A stretch of 64,000 nt of DNA, from contig CADBZY010000007.1 of assembly GCA_902799245.1 (NCBI GenBank), positions 22,367 to 86,366 on the forward strand, read 5' to 3'. The number at the start of each line of letters is the position of its first letter. The stretch's first letter is position 1. Of the stretch, positions 62,223 to 64,000 are shown one piece after another. Origin of the DNA: an uncultured Ruminococcus sp. GTDB lineage: Bacteria > Bacillota > Clostridia > Oscillospirales > Acutalibacteraceae. The notes beneath the pieces were generated by a model. The model was not told the origin of the DNA. It searched no databases and was given only the letters and a program-made list of their open reading frames with translations. Position numbers and translations under genes: made by a program.

Positions 62223-63191
62223 ATGGCTGATTTAATAAGCCACTGGCTGCTGGGCAAGCGCATACTTAACGATGATAGTTTTGCCGAAGCCTATCCTTTT
62301 CTTGACAGGGAAGCCTTTCTGTGGGGATGCCAAGGTCCCGATATACTCTTCTTTCACAGAATGATGCCGTGGCAGTCGGGCAGTCTCCGTCCCTACGGCT
62401 CATCCATACACAAAGGCGATCCCGCCGCGGTTTTGCGTTCGCTCGCCAAAATCTGCCGTTACTGCGCGGACCGGCAGGACTATGCCCTGATTCTGTCTTA
62501 TTCCATGGGCTTCTGCTGCCATTACTGTTATGACCGGCTGGTTCATCCGCTGGTGCATTACAATATAGAGCTGCTGGAAAAAACCGACGAGCGCGGGAAC
62601 AATTACAATTATCACGCGCTGATTGAAAGCAACTATGATCTCATGCTGCTCAAGCAGGAAAAAGGGCTGTCTATCAACGATCTGGATATTAACGAGTGTC
62701 TGCCGGAGTGTCAGGGGTTTGATAAAGCGGCGGCTCTGCTGTATTCGCTGCTGCTTTGCGATCTGTATGGCGTTCACACGCCGATCAAGCTGTCGATGAC
62801 GCTTGCCGAAGATTTCAGATCGGCGGTCAAGCTTCGCAAGGATTCTCTTTTCATCAAAAAGCCGGTTGCGGAGCTGGCCGAACGTCTGCTTCCTTATGTC
62901 AGGCCCGGCGTAAAAGGCGGCGCGCTGGCCTGCCGCTTTTACACGAAAAATTACGATACGGGCTTTGATTACGCGAATATCACCAACAGCGTCTGGTTTG
63001 ACCCGAGAGACAAGAGCTTCCGTTCCAACGCGAGCTTTTTCGACCTCACCTCCATGGCGCAGTTTGAATCCAAAGCGCTGATCGACATTTTTGTGGAAGA
63101 CGTGACGCACAAGGGCTGCGGTGATTTTGAAAGCTTTACCGGCGGCGTCAATTTCAGCGGAATCAAGTGGGATATGGTCGAGAACAAGTAG
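62223..63191 (+). CDS. hypothetical protein (possibly a zinc-dependent phospholipase C-like fold)
   Basis: GGAGG ribosome-binding site inside the track ORF, so ATG at 62223. His-rich motifs. Confidence 0.45.
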   Translation: MADLISHWLLGKRILNDDSFAEAYPFLDREAFLWGCQGPDILFFHRMMPWQSGSLRPYGSSIHKGDPAAVLRSLAKICRYCADRQDYALILSYSMGFCCHYCYDRLVHPLVHYNIELLEKTDERGNNYNYHALIESNYDLMLLKQEKGLSINDLDINECLPECQGFDKAAALLYSLLLCDLYGVHTPIKLSMTLAEDFRSAVKLRKDSLFIKKPVAELAERLLPYVRPGVKGGALACRFYTKNYDTGFDYANITNSVWFDPRDKSFRSNASFFDLTSMAQFESKALIDIFVEDVTHKGCGDFESFTGGVNFSGIKWDMVENK

Positions 63192-63376
63192 TATGTGCTG
63201 AATTTTTGAAGACTTTTTTGTGCAATATAGATTTAAAAGACCCCGGAACGAATTTTTTCTTGCGAAGATTGCAAGAAATTGTCGTTTCGGGGTTGTATTA
63301 TTACAGATTTGTAGTATAATATAACAGTATTGTAATAGAATTGGAACTCAAAGGCAACACAAAGGAGAGTGACATA

Positions 63377-64000
63377 CATGAGCAATATGACAAAAAGGGA
63401 TATACTCAACAAGATCAAAACAAACGGCAAAAAGAAAAAAATGAATATATTGGCACGGTTCTACCGTATGCTTTGCTGGATAGGTTTGAAGCTCCAGTTT
63501 GTGACATACAACAAGCGCCGCAGGATCAGGAAATTCTTCCGTCCGGTGAGCGGAAGGATTTCCGCGTTTTTCAGTGAATATGCGGTCAGGCCCGTGGCCG
63601 CCGCATGGAATGAATTCCGCGAGATCTGCGGGAGCAGGGCAGGCTTCGGGGATACGTTCAGGCAGCATAAGGGCTTCTTTGCGGGGATTGTGAATGTGGT
63701 GCTGCCGCTGATCTGCATAGGCGTGCTGGCGGCGGTGGTTTACAATGTAATGAATTCCCCTCACGCGCTTGAGGTGTCATGCAACGGCAAAGTTCTCGGA
63801 TATATCGAGGACGAGGACGTTTATAACAACGCCGTCCGGCTGCTCAGTCAGCGAACGGTCAATACCAGCACCGATTACACAGACTCGCTCTCTCCGTCGT
63901 ATTCTATGGCGTCGGTCAGCTCGTCGATGAATATGAGCTCCGAAACGCTCTGCGAGGCGCTGCTGGCTGACAGCAGCAATGTCGAGAGCGCATACGGTCT
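63377..64000 (+). CDS. membrane protein, 3' end beyond the window
   Basis: AAGGAGAG ribosome-binding site. Open frame to the window end, with a transmembrane helix (VVLPLICIGVLAAVVY). Not in the ORF track. Confidence 0.5.

Overview
This window is the chromosomal replication-origin region of a Firmicutes/Clostridia genome. Gene order and a BspA-type leucine-rich-repeat lipoprotein suggest Oscillospiraceae/Ruminococcaceae, but that placement is inferred from the sequence only.

The minus strand carries the conserved block parB-parA-rsmG-mnmG-mnmE-jag-yidC-yidD-rnpA-rpmH, with four parS palindromes (one inside mnmG). The plus strand then runs dnaA-dnaN-yaaA(S4)-recF-[radical SAM]-remB-gyrB-[two inserted small genes]-gyrA. 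Clusters of a variant DnaA box (TGTGGAAAA/TTTTCCACA) sit upstream of dnaA, between dnaA and dnaN (next to an AT-rich stretch that may be the unwinding element), and unexpectedly between gyrB and gyrA.

Downstream the window is housekeeping/accessory. It holds queT with a candidate preQ1 riboswitch, an ogt-like MGMT gene, a CNNM/CorC transporter, an NfeD gene and a flotillin gene separated by zinc-ribbon mini-proteins and an LRR lipoprotein, and an exonuclease/phosphatase-family lipoprotein. It also holds guaB, a clear TPP riboswitch with thiT, prmA, a NUDIX hydrolase, a YfcE-like phosphoesterase, an Rrf2 regulator with an orphan substrate-binding protein, an L,D-transpeptidase, a lone 5S rRNA gene with its own promoter and terminator, two tandem M42 peptidases, a HAD hydrolase and a D-alanyl-D-alanine carboxypeptidase. 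I found no CRISPR array, transposase, integrase, tRNA or obvious defence or toxin-antitoxin system.

The most unusual signal is a family of short tandem repeats (six clear heptamer and one hexamer, 3-5 copies) placed directly after stop codons in the orientation of the upstream gene (AGGTAGA, AGGTTGA, AGTGAAT, AGCCAAA, CTTACG; a weaker AACAGGA x2 instance after gyrB is listed but not counted). Two of them share a conserved GC-rich 'GCGCTC..CGTTCGCT..TTAGTGAAT' module. A roughly 300-nt GC-rich, hairpin-dense non-coding region after gyrA is also unexplained.
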